From IMG/VR virus record IMGVR_UViG_3300021326_000002: a stretch of 35,178 nt of DNA. The stretch is one strand, 5' to 3'. The stretch is from a virus. A model generated the notes under the pieces. The model had not been told where the DNA came from, did not search any database, and saw only the letters and a program-made list of their open reading frames with translations. Position 1 is the first letter of the stretch; every line of letters begins with the position of its first letter. Shown here piece after piece: positions 8,717 to 16,459 of the stretch. Made by a program: the position numbers and the translations under genes.

Positions 8717-9546
8717 TTTGTTTTGTTGCCCCCTTTTGGGTTTACTTTCTTTTTGGCTGTTGGCTTCTTTCGCATACGAACAGTGATATAAAAGCCGCCA
8801 TTGACCTCGTTGTATAGTGCCTTTGCCGACGAAAAGAAATAGCCCGGATATAGCTTTTCCCATTCCGCTTTAGCGTCATTACCCAGCGTGTATAATTCAT
8901 ATGCTTTTGACTTGCTTATGCGCCCGTCACGCTTTGTTTCTTTCGGCTGCACAACATTTCTTGACGCGCTCCAAGCATTGCCGAGGTTTTTGTCGTCGGG
9001 TTCTTCTTCATTTTCTGCGTTCGGCTTTTTCTTCTTGCAAAAATAGTCCGCCAATCCGCAAACGCCCTCATTGTCGAAAATAACAAGCGACGAATACGCA
9101 TAGCCCATTCCCCATATTTTATCAAGTTCGGCGGTCGTCATATCTGCGCAATTCAAAATCATGTGATGATGATAACGTCCTGATCGCTTGCCCTTTTCCG
9201 TCACGACTATGTATTTCAGTTCGGGCAAGCCCTTTTTCTTGCGGTAACGCTTCAAGCGTTTGAAAAAGTTTTGACGTGATCGCAACGCCGCTGCGTCGTC
9301 GGTGGGCAAGTTGGCGTTATTGTAAGACGGATTGTAAAAAATCGCCTCGCCCGGTATGAAATTAGCCATTACCAAGCGTTCAAGTTTCTTGACCCTGCAT
9401 TGATGATTATACTTTTCTTGCGTTAGCGAGGTCGGCTTTGCTTTCTTCTTGCGCTTGCCTTTTGTGCTCTGTTTGAAAACGGGGAAAACGTCAATATCAA
9501 GATATTCGTTACATTCGTGACGCTGTTCTCTGTACAATGCCCGCAT
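8713..9546 (-). CDS. HUH-superfamily rolling-circle replication initiator-like protein (277 aa)
   Basis: HUH-like motif RYHHHMIL, YxxK-like motif LADYFCKKKK, and basic N- and C-termini. Confidence 0.5.
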   Translation of the reverse strand: MRALYREQRHECNEYLDIDVFPVFKQSTKGKRKKKAKPTSLTQEKYNHQCRVKKLERLVMANFIPGEAIFYNPSYNNANLPTDDAAALRSRQNFFKRLKRYRKKKGLPELKYIVVTEKGKRSGRYHHHMILNCADMTTAELDKIWGMGYAYSSLVIFDNEGVCGLADYFCKKKKPNAENEEEPDDKNLGNAWSASRNVVQPKETKRDGRISKSKAYELYTLGNDAKAEWEKLYPGYFFSSAKALYNEVNGGFYITVRMRKKPTAKKKVNPKGGNKTK

Positions 9547-9585
9547 AGCTGTTTACCCCTCCTTTGCGTTTCTTATCCTGCTTTG

Positions 9586-9660
9586 CTTGTGAGAACGTAG
9601 GGGGGAACGGGGGAAGTGTCCCCCATTCCCCCCTACAACCCCTTTGCCCCCTCTCACAAG
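9586..9660. other. 75-nt three-segment hairpin (26 bp paired) overlapping a minus-strand G-quadruplex motif; candidate origin or regulatory element
   Basis: Stems: cttgtgaga/tctcacaag, gtaggggggaa/ttcccccctac and ggggga/tccccc, with loop agtg. The minus strand reads GGGGGcaaaGGGGttgtaGGGGGGaatGGGGG (9620-9651). Confidence 0.6.
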
Positions 9661-9775
9661 AAAAACAAATATTTATTTTTGATTTTCTGCAACCCTACAT
9701 TGTGGTTACTAAGATAAGATACATTACAAGCCCTTATCGCCTGCCCGTGCAGGCTGTAAAATCGGGCTGTTATAT

Positions 9776-10408
9776 TCAATAGTCAATAAAGCGCATTTGT
9801 GCCATTACGCCCGATAATCGGCGCATAGCCTTGTCGTAAAATTCGGCGTTGATTTCCGCACCCACGAAATCAAACCCCGCATTGTAGCAGGCAATAAGGC
9901 TTGACGCACTGCCTGTGTGCGTGTCTAATATCTTGTCACCTTGATTTGCGTATTGCCCCAAAAGCCACGAATACAAGGCGACGGGCTTTTGTGTCGGGTG
10001 TATTCGGTCGGCTTCTGCGTTTACGCCGCCGAAAAACGGGTAATCAAAACATTTTGCGTTGCCGTGAAAACTTGTCCACGCTAACTCCCCGTCGGCGTAA
10101 CTTGTGACGGGCTGGTGTTTATACCAAAATACAAACTCCTTGCAGGCGGGCAACATATCCGACAAATGATTATAGCCCCAAATGATTTGATTTTTTGATA
10201 CTCTGAATAGCTCTTTGAAATAGTCGGGGGTCGGTTTAAGATCGTTTGCGTAATTTACCCCCCCGTAACGTGCAATACGGCTTGACGCCTTAAAAGCCTT
10301 TTCTATCCCGTATGGCGGGTCACAAATAGCAAGGTCGAAATATTTATCGGGGTAAGCCTGCATAAGCTGCATACAATCTATATTATATATGGTGTTCAAA
10401 TCGAACAC
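9776..10408 (-). CDS. Orphan DNA methyltransferase, N6-adenine/N4-cytosine type (210 aa, GTG start)
   Basis: Catalytic motif AICDPPYG near the N-terminus and an AdoMet-binding-like ILDTHTGSASS near the C-terminus. No adjacent restriction endonuclease gene. Confidence 0.85.
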   Translation of the reverse strand: MFDLNTIYNIDCMQLMQAYPDKYFDLAICDPPYGIEKAFKASSRIARYGGVNYANDLKPTPDYFKELFRVSKNQIIWGYNHLSDMLPACKEFVFWYKHQPVTSYADGELAWTSFHGNAKCFDYPFFGGVNAEADRIHPTQKPVALYSWLLGQYANQGDKILDTHTGSASSLIACYNAGFDFVGAEINAEFYDKAMRRLSGVMAQMRFIDY

Positions 10409-10523
10409 GTTTCCGCCCCCCTTATACTATTTATATATAGATAGGACATAACGCCCACCGTGTAAGCGGGCGTTTATACTGTCCTTTTATAGCTCATTAA
10501 CACACGCGTGCGTTAAACGTGCG

Positions 10524-11099
10524 TTATGTGTCGAGAATAGCCGACGCGATCATATCGGCGGTGTGTGTATAAAGCACATTCGGATATAGCTTTATAGCGT
10601 GGTTGTAATAGTTCCAGCGTTCTTTGTCGTCGAATGCGCCCATGTGCCAGCGTATGCAAGCTATTTCCTCATCGGTCAATCTGCCGTGCAGGATATTTTG
10701 AGCAAGTATAACAGACTTTTCGCCGTGACCGTCAAGCAAGGTTTCTTTATTATAAATGTATATCGGCTTGCCGTTCTCGTCGCCAACGTACTTGTATGTA
10801 TCGCACTTGCAAAGATCGTGCAGCATACCGACAATATACGGGCTGCGTTCATTGCCCCATTTAAGCCCGAGCCTTTCGGTGAGGTTTACAAGCTGCTCCG
10901 TGACCGCCTTTGAATGGTCGAACAAGCCGCCGCTGTATGCTCCGTGAAATTTGGTTGACGCGGGAACGGTGAAAAAGCCCATTTTGTCAAGCTGTTCAAT
11001 AGCGCCTTTTTTGTCATACGGCACAAAGTTGAACGCTTTGCACATAAGCGCTTTGAATTCTTCTATGCGTATATCCTTGTTCTTCGTTGTGTCCCGCAT
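10524..11099 (-). CDS. HD-domain phosphohydrolase (191 aa)
   Basis: H...HD signature (FHGAYSGGLFDHS ... MLHDLCK). Confidence 0.7.
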   Translation of the reverse strand: MRDTTKNKDIRIEEFKALMCKAFNFVPYDKKGAIEQLDKMGFFTVPASTKFHGAYSGGLFDHSKAVTEQLVNLTERLGLKWGNERSPYIVGMLHDLCKCDTYKYVGDENGKPIYIYNKETLLDGHGEKSVILAQNILHGRLTDEEIACIRWHMGAFDDKERWNYYNHAIKLYPNVLYTHTADMIASAILDT

Positions 11100-11101
11100 A
11101 G

Positions 11102-11845
11102 TTAGTCCTCCTCGCCGCCTATTGCTTCATCAAGTATTATGCGCCCGTCGCGCGCCTGTCGGCGCGCGATCAAGATTTCATGATTGAATGTACAAGCCGG
11201 GGCGACGCCGATACTGTACGTCGCGTAGCTGTAGTTGAGCGCCCCCGACGGGTTGACGTAGCGGACGTTGCTCGCGTAGCCGACGTCACAACTCCACGGC
11301 GTAAGCGTCCATACATAGTCACTATAACGCGGTACAAGCGCCCTGTACTTGCGGTATTGGTCGCAAGATAGCAGCGTTACAAAGTCCTCGCAAGTGCCGT
11401 ATTTTGTGTCGCCGTTATCTGCCGTAAGGTCGGAACGGGTCTTGACAAGGTGCTTTGTGTTGATCTTCATGTGGTCTATGTATTCGTTATTCAGATAGCG
11501 GCGCAATTCAGATCGCGCCCAATTGTTTGACCCGTCGCCGCCCTTGTCGTTAAACTGCACGTCGTCGGCTATGTCCGCCGTGATCGCGAAATAGTCGCCG
11601 TTGTCGGTGACGTCAAGCAGAACGTACTCATAGTCGTTATAATAGAAATGGTCGCCCGGCTCGAGGTCGTAGTATTCGTCGGCTTCGTCATACTCTGTAT
11701 CGCCGATTTTACCCATTGCCGCAAGTGCAGCGTTATAAATTTCTGTTCCTATGTGGGCGAATTCCTGTAATATGTCGCTTGCTTCGCCCTCAATAACAAC
11801 TTTAACGCCGCCGAGTGCGTTTTCGTCCTTGTATGCTTTTATCAT
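11102..11845 (-). CDS. Second DGR target protein: acidic N-terminal domain plus a C-type-lectin-like variable C-terminal domain (247 aa)
   Basis: Strong RBS AAGGAGG. The C-terminus WTLTPWSCDVGYASNVRYVNPSGALNYSYATYSIGVAPAC is encoded by VR2, which matches the TR. Confidence 0.85.
   Translation of the reverse strand: MIKAYKDENALGGVKVVIEGEASDILQEFAHIGTEIYNAALAAMGKIGDTEYDEADEYYDLEPGDHFYYNDYEYVLLDVTDNGDYFAITADIADDVQFNDKGGDGSNNWARSELRRYLNNEYIDHMKINTKHLVKTRSDLTADNGDTKYGTCEDFVTLLSCDQYRKYRALVPRYSDYVWTLTPWSCDVGYASNVRYVNPSGALNYSYATYSIGVAPACTFNHEILIARRQARDGRIILDEAIGGEED
11148..11169 (-). other. GC hairpin (9-bp stem, 4-nt loop) 22 nt downstream of VR2, inside the coding sequence
   Basis: tcgcgcgcc-tgtc-ggcgcgcga; the sense-strand loop is GACA. 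Confidence 0.7.
11192..11287 (-). repeat. DGR variable repeat 2 (VR2)
   Basis: Aligns to TR 23730-23825. All 10 mismatches are at TR adenines (sense strand); there are none at the 69 non-adenine positions. Confidence 0.85.
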
Positions 11846-11847
11846 TG

Positions 11848-12042
11848 TTATTCCTCCTTGACTTCGGGTTTCTTTCCGTACATTTTTTCGTCAATGTCTT
11901 TGAGTTGATAATATCTCGGTATCGTGTTAAGCCTGCAAGGTACGCGGCTCTCGCTGTCGTAAAACGGACAACTTTTGCACTTTCTGCGATTGCAAAATTT
12001 GTGAAGTATGTGCGCTGCCCTGAGTGCTTTTGTAAAGTTCAT
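11848..12042 (-). CDS. Hypothetical Cys-rich small protein (64 aa)
   Basis: ATG at 12042 preceded by AAGGAG. The longer TTG-started track ORF would overlap the upstream gene. Confidence 0.45.
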   Translation of the reverse strand: MNFTKALRAAHILHKFCNRRKCKSCPFYDSESRVPCRLNTIPRYYQLKDIDEKMYGKKPEVKEE

Positions 12043-12079
12043 TTTCGTTCTCCTTATATTCTTTGCAAGCCTGCTCTTG

Positions 12080-12352
12080 TCAGCGTGGTTGACGAGAATT
12101 TGTAACAAAATAATGATCGCGGTCAAGCGGCTTGTTTTCGTCGTATAGCTCTATGTTTCGCGGTTCGTCCCATACCATGCAGCGCTCGTTATCGTCAACA
12201 AGCCCGACGGAAATAAACTTGCGCCCGTCGCTTTCGGTAACGTGCTTGTATTCCTTGATACGCTTATATACTATCAGACAACCCGAACAACGGCAATTAT
12301 GAACGATACGCACTTGATCTATATACGCTTGCCTTGCTTCGTCAATCGTCAC
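12080..12352 (-). CDS. Hypothetical protein (90 aa, GTG start)
   Basis: ORF in the co-directional early gene array. No recognisable motifs. Confidence 0.45.
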   Translation of the reverse strand: MTIDEARQAYIDQVRIVHNCRCSGCLIVYKRIKEYKHVTESDGRKFISVGLVDDNERCMVWDEPRNIELYDENKPLDRDHYFVTNSRQPR

Positions 12353-12605
12353 GCTCCGCCGCCCCGCTTTCGTATATGGTTTTTAGATAGTTTTCCGTCT
12401 GCCTTGAAAACAACTGTCTATTTCTTTTGGCTTCGTTCTTTGCCTGCTCGTTCCGCCAATCGAAATAAACGATAACAACCTCGACGGCGGTAACAAAGCC
12501 GAGCACAACCCACGCAAGCGGCGTATTAAATGCCGCTGCAAGTATGAAAAAGAATTCCCACACAAAGCAGACGATCGCGCAACCCGCTTCATCAGATATT
12601 TTCAT
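12342..12605 (-). CDS. Small membrane protein with two predicted TM helices (87 aa)
   Basis: Hydrophobic stretches CAIVCFVWEFFFILAAAF and LAWVVLGFVTAVEVVIVYF. Confidence 0.5.
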   Translation of the reverse strand: MKISDEAGCAIVCFVWEFFFILAAAFNTPLAWVVLGFVTAVEVVIVYFDWRNEQAKNEAKRNRQLFSRQTENYLKTIYESGAAERDD

Positions 12606-12617
12606 ATTTACCCCCTA

Positions 12618-13013
12618 TCAGAACGGGCAAGGGATATGCTCGGCAAGTTCTGCCTCCAGCGCGTCAAAAGCCGCCTTTGTATTGCGGTGGTTTTTGTACG
12701 CTTTAAGCAGGCTTTCGCACATCTTATAAAGCCTTGTGTAATCGTCCAGCGTTGCCGCTGCGAACGCTTCGGCGCGTTTTGCGTCCGCCGCCCGTTCCTT
12801 TGCCCTTAACAGTTCGCCGAATTCGTCAGCGGACATATTATGTATAATTATGCGGTGTCCTGTCTGCTCGGGGTTTCTTACCCTTGACAAGCGGTTTCTA
12901 ACGCCGCCCTTTGACCGCCCCATTATTTCAGCGATCGCCGCATAGGTCTTGCCCTCGTCGGCAAGCTGCAAAAGCAGCTTATCCTCGGCGGGCGTCCATT
13001 TTGTTTCAGACAT
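12618..13013 (-). CDS. Myb/SANT-like HTH DNA-binding protein (131 aa)
   Basis: N-terminal WTPAEDKLLLQLADEGKTYAAIAEIMGRSKGGVRNRLSRV. Confidence 0.55.
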   Translation of the reverse strand: MSETKWTPAEDKLLLQLADEGKTYAAIAEIMGRSKGGVRNRLSRVRNPEQTGHRIIIHNMSADEFGELLRAKERAADAKRAEAFAAATLDDYTRLYKMCESLLKAYKNHRNTKAAFDALEAELAEHIPCPF

Positions 13014-13020
13014 AACAAAA

Positions 13021-13155
13021 TCACTCCGTTTCGTCAGTTTTCTTGAAATATTCGATTTCTTCCCATGTGGTTGACGATATACCTTGCGCCCATATCGAGC
13101 CGATAATGATAGCTACAACCACGCCCGCCAATATAGCGGCGATAATACCAAGCAA
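13021..13155 (-). CDS. Small single-pass membrane protein (44 aa, TTG start); below the ORF-track size cutoff
   Basis: GGAGGTG RBS 6 nt upstream of the TTG. Sequence LLGIIAAILAGVVVAIIIGSIW. Fills the gap between two genes exactly. Confidence 0.45.
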   Translation of the reverse strand: MLGIIAAILAGVVVAIIIGSIWAQGISSTTWEEIEYFKKTDETE

Positions 13156-13156
13156 A

Positions 13157-13768
13157 TTAACCACCTCCCCGCATAATGTTTTCTTGATATTCTCTAAGCC
13201 ATTGCAGCGCCTTTGTCGCCTGCTGCTGTTCTCTGTATGATACGCGTTCTTTTTTGCGGCGGTATTTTCTATAATCGACGCTTGATATTGTTGTTATATC
13301 AATATCCCCGCCCATTTCTTGAATACGTTCTAACGGTCGGTCAGTTTCGGCTTGATCTGATAGCAGCACCGCCACAAGCCGCGCCCGCCGTTCCCGTCCG
13401 AGCCCGTGTTCGCGGTGTAGCTGGACGAACAACAAGCGCACGTTGTTGATATACACATCTTTAACGCTGCTGTTGACCGGGTGCATAAACTTTTCAACAA
13501 TGCGTCTACAATCGTCAGTATAAACCCCGATGCTGTCGCAAGCCTGCTGTATTTTGTAGTCGAATACGTCAAGCTGCTCGTATTCGTCCGATATGCTGCA
13601 ATACTCTGTCCTATCGTCAAGAAACGTGCATATTGCTTTCGGGTACATGATTTTCGGAAATAGTTTGTTTGCCGTCAAAAGCACTATGCACATAACGTTG
13701 ACGGTTTCGTTTGCCGCGTCAATGATCGGCTTGTTTTTGTGGTAGTCCTTGAAAACTCTGTTTGTCAT
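13157..13768 (-). CDS. Hypothetical protein (203 aa)
   Basis: ATG with AAGGAGGG RBS. No recognisable motifs. Confidence 0.55.
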   Translation of the reverse strand: MTNRVFKDYHKNKPIIDAANETVNVMCIVLLTANKLFPKIMYPKAICTFLDDRTEYCSISDEYEQLDVFDYKIQQACDSIGVYTDDCRRIVEKFMHPVNSSVKDVYINNVRLLFVQLHREHGLGRERRARLVAVLLSDQAETDRPLERIQEMGGDIDITTISSVDYRKYRRKKERVSYREQQQATKALQWLREYQENIMRGGG

Positions 13769-13901
13769 GTTCGCCCTCCTTGCCTTTTGGCTTGTAATCC
13801 TTGCACGGGTAAAGCCTGCTCCATTCGGGGCATTTATAGCAGCTTTTGCAATCGTAGCACGTTATAACCTTTGGTTTGGTGTAATGTATCTTATTATTCA
13901 T
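13719..13901 (-). CDS. Hypothetical Cys-rich small protein (about 60 aa)
   Basis: CYDCKSCYKCPEW motif. ATG at 13901 overlaps the upstream stop. The 3' end overlaps the next gene by 50 nt. Confidence 0.35.
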   Translation of the reverse strand: MNNKIHYTKPKVITCYDCKSCYKCPEWSRLYPCKDYKPKGKEGEHDKQSFQGLPQKQADH

Positions 13902-14097
13902 AATCAACTTTCAACCACCTTTTATAATTACCGGGGTCGCTTTCGCTGTAATCTATGTCAAGATCAACTATGTCATATTCACAACCAAAAGGCAACAGTA
14001 AAACACGCGTTGGCAATTGTGCGCTAATTTCTGTATGCAGCTTTCGCAAATCTTCCACTTTCATATTTCGATTTGCTTTTATTACAATTACTTTCAC
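13894..14097 (-). CDS. Hypothetical protein (67 aa, GTG start)
   Basis: GGGGGG RBS followed by GTG at 14097. The longer track ORF would overlap the small TM gene upstream. Confidence 0.4.
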   Translation of the reverse strand: MKVIVIKANRNMKVEDLRKLHTEISAQLPTRVLLLPFGCEYDIVDLDIDYSESDPGNYKRWLKVDYE

Positions 14098-14108
14098 TTT
14101 TGCCCCCC

Positions 14109-14255
14109 TTAAAACGTTACCGTCACGTTGAGTACGGCGGCGGCAAGCCAGTATATGCCCCGCCGTGCGTCCTTTTGAATAAAGCACATGATCGCCGCCA
14201 GCACGTCTATAATTATCAGCAAAAGCGGCAATATCTGTTCGGGCTTAATCTTCAT
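14109..14255 (-). CDS. Small two-TM membrane protein (48 aa); below the ORF-track size cutoff
   Basis: GGAGG RBS. Sequence MKIKPEQILPLLLIIIDVLAAIMCFIQKDARRGIYWLAAAVLNVTVTF. Confidence 0.45.
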   Translation of the reverse strand: MKIKPEQILPLLLIIIDVLAAIMCFIQKDARRGIYWLAAAVLNVTVTF

Positions 14256-14433
14256 CACAAGCCTCCACCAGCTTTTCAACCGCTGCGTTAATGTAGTCGA
14301 TTGCGGCTCGGGTCGCCTGCGTTCCGGCAGCGTTGTTGTCGCACGTTACCGTCAATTCGTCGATAATGCTTTCAAGTTCATCAATCGCCGCACGCCTGCG
14401 GGCATAGTCGCACAATTCGTAATTTGCTATCAT
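14245..14433 (-). CDS. Hypothetical protein (62 aa)
   Basis: ATGA start/stop overlap with the upstream gene. Confidence 0.45.
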   Translation of the reverse strand: MIANYELCDYARRRAAIDELESIIDELTVTCDNNAAGTQATRAAIDYINAAVEKLVEACDED

Positions 14434-14870
14434 ACGCCCGCCCCTATGCTGCTGTATATCTTGTCGTCGCCTTTATACGGCAAATCCTTTACGTTCTTGT
14501 AAGGTAGGTTTGCTATACTCATTCGCATACGCACCACAAGCTCCGGCGACGCAAATTTGCTATATGCAGCACCGACGCCCGATACTTCCTCGGTACACCA
14601 CGTTTCGGGTGTAAGGTCTTTTGCTTCATAGTAAACAACAAAGCCGTTTATTTCGTGCCGCCTGCCGCGTCCGATCATCTTATAATACTTTGAATATCCC
14701 TTGCCCTGCGCACAAGCCCTGAAATAAATAGCTTGATATTCGTCGCCGTCCTTGTAGTGTTCATAGCTTTCGCACTCGCCGTCGTCGTTAATAACAAGTG
14801 TGCCGTTGTAGGTGCAGTCCCGGCAATGCTCATTATATTTGCAAGTGTCATTCGTGCAAATCAGTTTCAA
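14430..14870 (-). CDS. Hypothetical protein with a Cys-rich N-terminus (146 aa, TTG start)
   Basis: AAGGGAGTG RBS. N-terminal CTNDTCKYNEHCRDC...C. Confidence 0.5.
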   Translation of the reverse strand: MKLICTNDTCKYNEHCRDCTYNGTLVINDDGECESYEHYKDGDEYQAIYFRACAQGKGYSKYYKMIGRGRRHEINGFVVYYEAKDLTPETWCTEEVSGVGAAYSKFASPELVVRMRMSIANLPYKNVKDLPYKGDDKIYSSIGAGV

Positions 14871-14885
14871 TTAAATCACTCCCTT

Positions 14886-16259
14886 TCATTTGAAACACTC
14901 ATGCGTACCCGACAGCAGTTTCGTTTCATCACTGCTCATCTTGTAGCGGACACGGGTCAGTATAGCGTACCAATTTTCAAGCCGTGTGTTGCGCTGGTAT
15001 CTGCCCTCGTAGTCGTGTAGTGATGTTCTATACATACCCTCGTTGATCGTACTAAGCATAGCAAGCATGACGCTTTCGGGGTGTTTCTTAACACGGTCAC
15101 GATAATCTGCGCCCTTGAGAAAAGCCTCCCAGCTATCGTATTTTTCGCTGTCAATGTCGAGGATTTCGGCGACTTCCTCGTAATCAATATCATCAAGTCC
15201 AGCCTCACCGAGAAATGCTTCCGTGATAGTCGGTATAAATTCACGATTTGCAAAGTCTTTTACAAAAGCCTTGCGCAAGTCTGCTGCCTGCTTTTCGAGT
15301 TCGCTTACCTTGCGGTCACGTTCACGCCGTCGGTCTTCCTGCCGCCGTTTTTCAGCTTCTGCGGCTTTGTCGGCTTCGGTCTGCTTGCTTGCATCGGTGT
15401 ATATGTACACCCACGCATACTCCGGCGCATCGCTGCTTATAGTGTAATACTTTGCGTCACCTGTCTGTATAAGGTCTTCAAGCTCTTCTCTTTTCTTGTC
15501 GTCGGGTTCTTTCGACGCAGTTAAATAGCCTATCTGCCGATAACCGAAACGCTTGTCGTATGGTATGCGCTTCAATCCCATTTCCTCAAGCATTACTACA
15601 TTCTTTTTCAGATTTTCGCCCGCGTTTTCCTGCGAAATGATCTGATTAACTTTCCATTTAAAATTTTGCGTTCCGATAGTTTTTAAGGCTTCATTTTTCT
15701 TTTCGGGGTCTTTTATCTTTTCAAGCTCTATGTAATCAGCAAACGTTGCTTGTCTTTCCTCTGCCTTGCGCAGTTCTTCTTGATCTAATTCAAGCAGTTT
15801 AAGGCGGTGTCTGATCGTAGTTTTGCTAAGTCCCGTTTTCTTCGCTATGCCCTCTTGCGTTTCGCCGAGGTCTAACATCATTTGAAATCCCTGCGCCTGC
15901 TCATATACGGTAAGGTCTGCACGCTGCATATTTTCAAGCAGCATTGTTGCCGCTTGCTCGCGTTCGTCCATTTCAACCACCATACACGGCACCATTTCAA
16001 GCCCTGCCGCTTTCGCCGCCGCAAGTCTGCGGTGTCCTATGATAACGGTGTAGCCGTCTGGGTCGTCCTCGTCCGGGTGCGCTGCTTCAACACCTTTACC
16101 GCCCCACACTACCGTTAAATTCTGAAATATGCCGTTTGCCTTTATGCTCTCGGCAAGTTCCGTGATGTCGCCAACGTCCCGGCGAGGGTTGTTGGGGTGC
16201 GGATAGATCATATTAACGGGTAGCTCGGTATCTCTGTACCTAACTTTCAATGAAATCAC
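14886..16259 (-). CDS. ParB N-terminal-domain (ParB/Srx-like) protein (457 aa)
   Basis: YPHPNNPRR, IIGHRRLAAAKAAG and an HTH-like GIAKKTGLSKTTIRHRL. The true start may be the TTG at 16250. Confidence 0.8.
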   Translation of the reverse strand: MISLKVRYRDTELPVNMIYPHPNNPRRDVGDITELAESIKANGIFQNLTVVWGGKGVEAAHPDEDDPDGYTVIIGHRRLAAAKAAGLEMVPCMVVEMDEREQAATMLLENMQRADLTVYEQAQGFQMMLDLGETQEGIAKKTGLSKTTIRHRLKLLELDQEELRKAEERQATFADYIELEKIKDPEKKNEALKTIGTQNFKWKVNQIISQENAGENLKKNVVMLEEMGLKRIPYDKRFGYRQIGYLTASKEPDDKKREELEDLIQTGDAKYYTISSDAPEYAWVYIYTDASKQTEADKAAEAEKRRQEDRRRERDRKVSELEKQAADLRKAFVKDFANREFIPTITEAFLGEAGLDDIDYEEVAEILDIDSEKYDSWEAFLKGADYRDRVKKHPESVMLAMLSTINEGMYRTSLHDYEGRYQRNTRLENWYAILTRVRYKMSSDETKLLSGTHECFK

Positions 16260-16444
16260 TCCGTTTCTTTGAATTTCTGCTTTTTAAGCCATTTTTTATA
16301 GTCCGCCATAACGGCGGGGTCGTCAAAATATCTTGTCATAGCGTGCAGCGTAGCGCGTGCCGCACCGTTTGCTATGTGCTTCGGTATGTCGGCGGGCTTT
16401 AGCTGCTGCGTACCCGCTTTCGGTTTAAGTATCATTTCAGCCAT
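16256..16444 (-). CDS. Hypothetical protein (62 aa)
   Basis: ATG start. Its stop overlaps the start of the ParB-like gene. Confidence 0.45.
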   Translation of the reverse strand: MAEMILKPKAGTQQLKPADIPKHIANGAARATLHAMTRYFDDPAVMADYKKWLKKQKFKETE

Positions 16445-16459
16445 AAGCCCTCCCCCTTA

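Noticed and set aside
10440-10526. Stem-loop ggaca..aacgccc-N11-gggcgtt..tgtcc and a CGTGCGTTA tandem repeat between the HD and methyltransferase genes
   Set aside because: Both may be a weak terminator or attenuator, but there is no U-tract and the repeat has only two short copies, one overlapping the HD stop codon. The support is too weak to call a feature.
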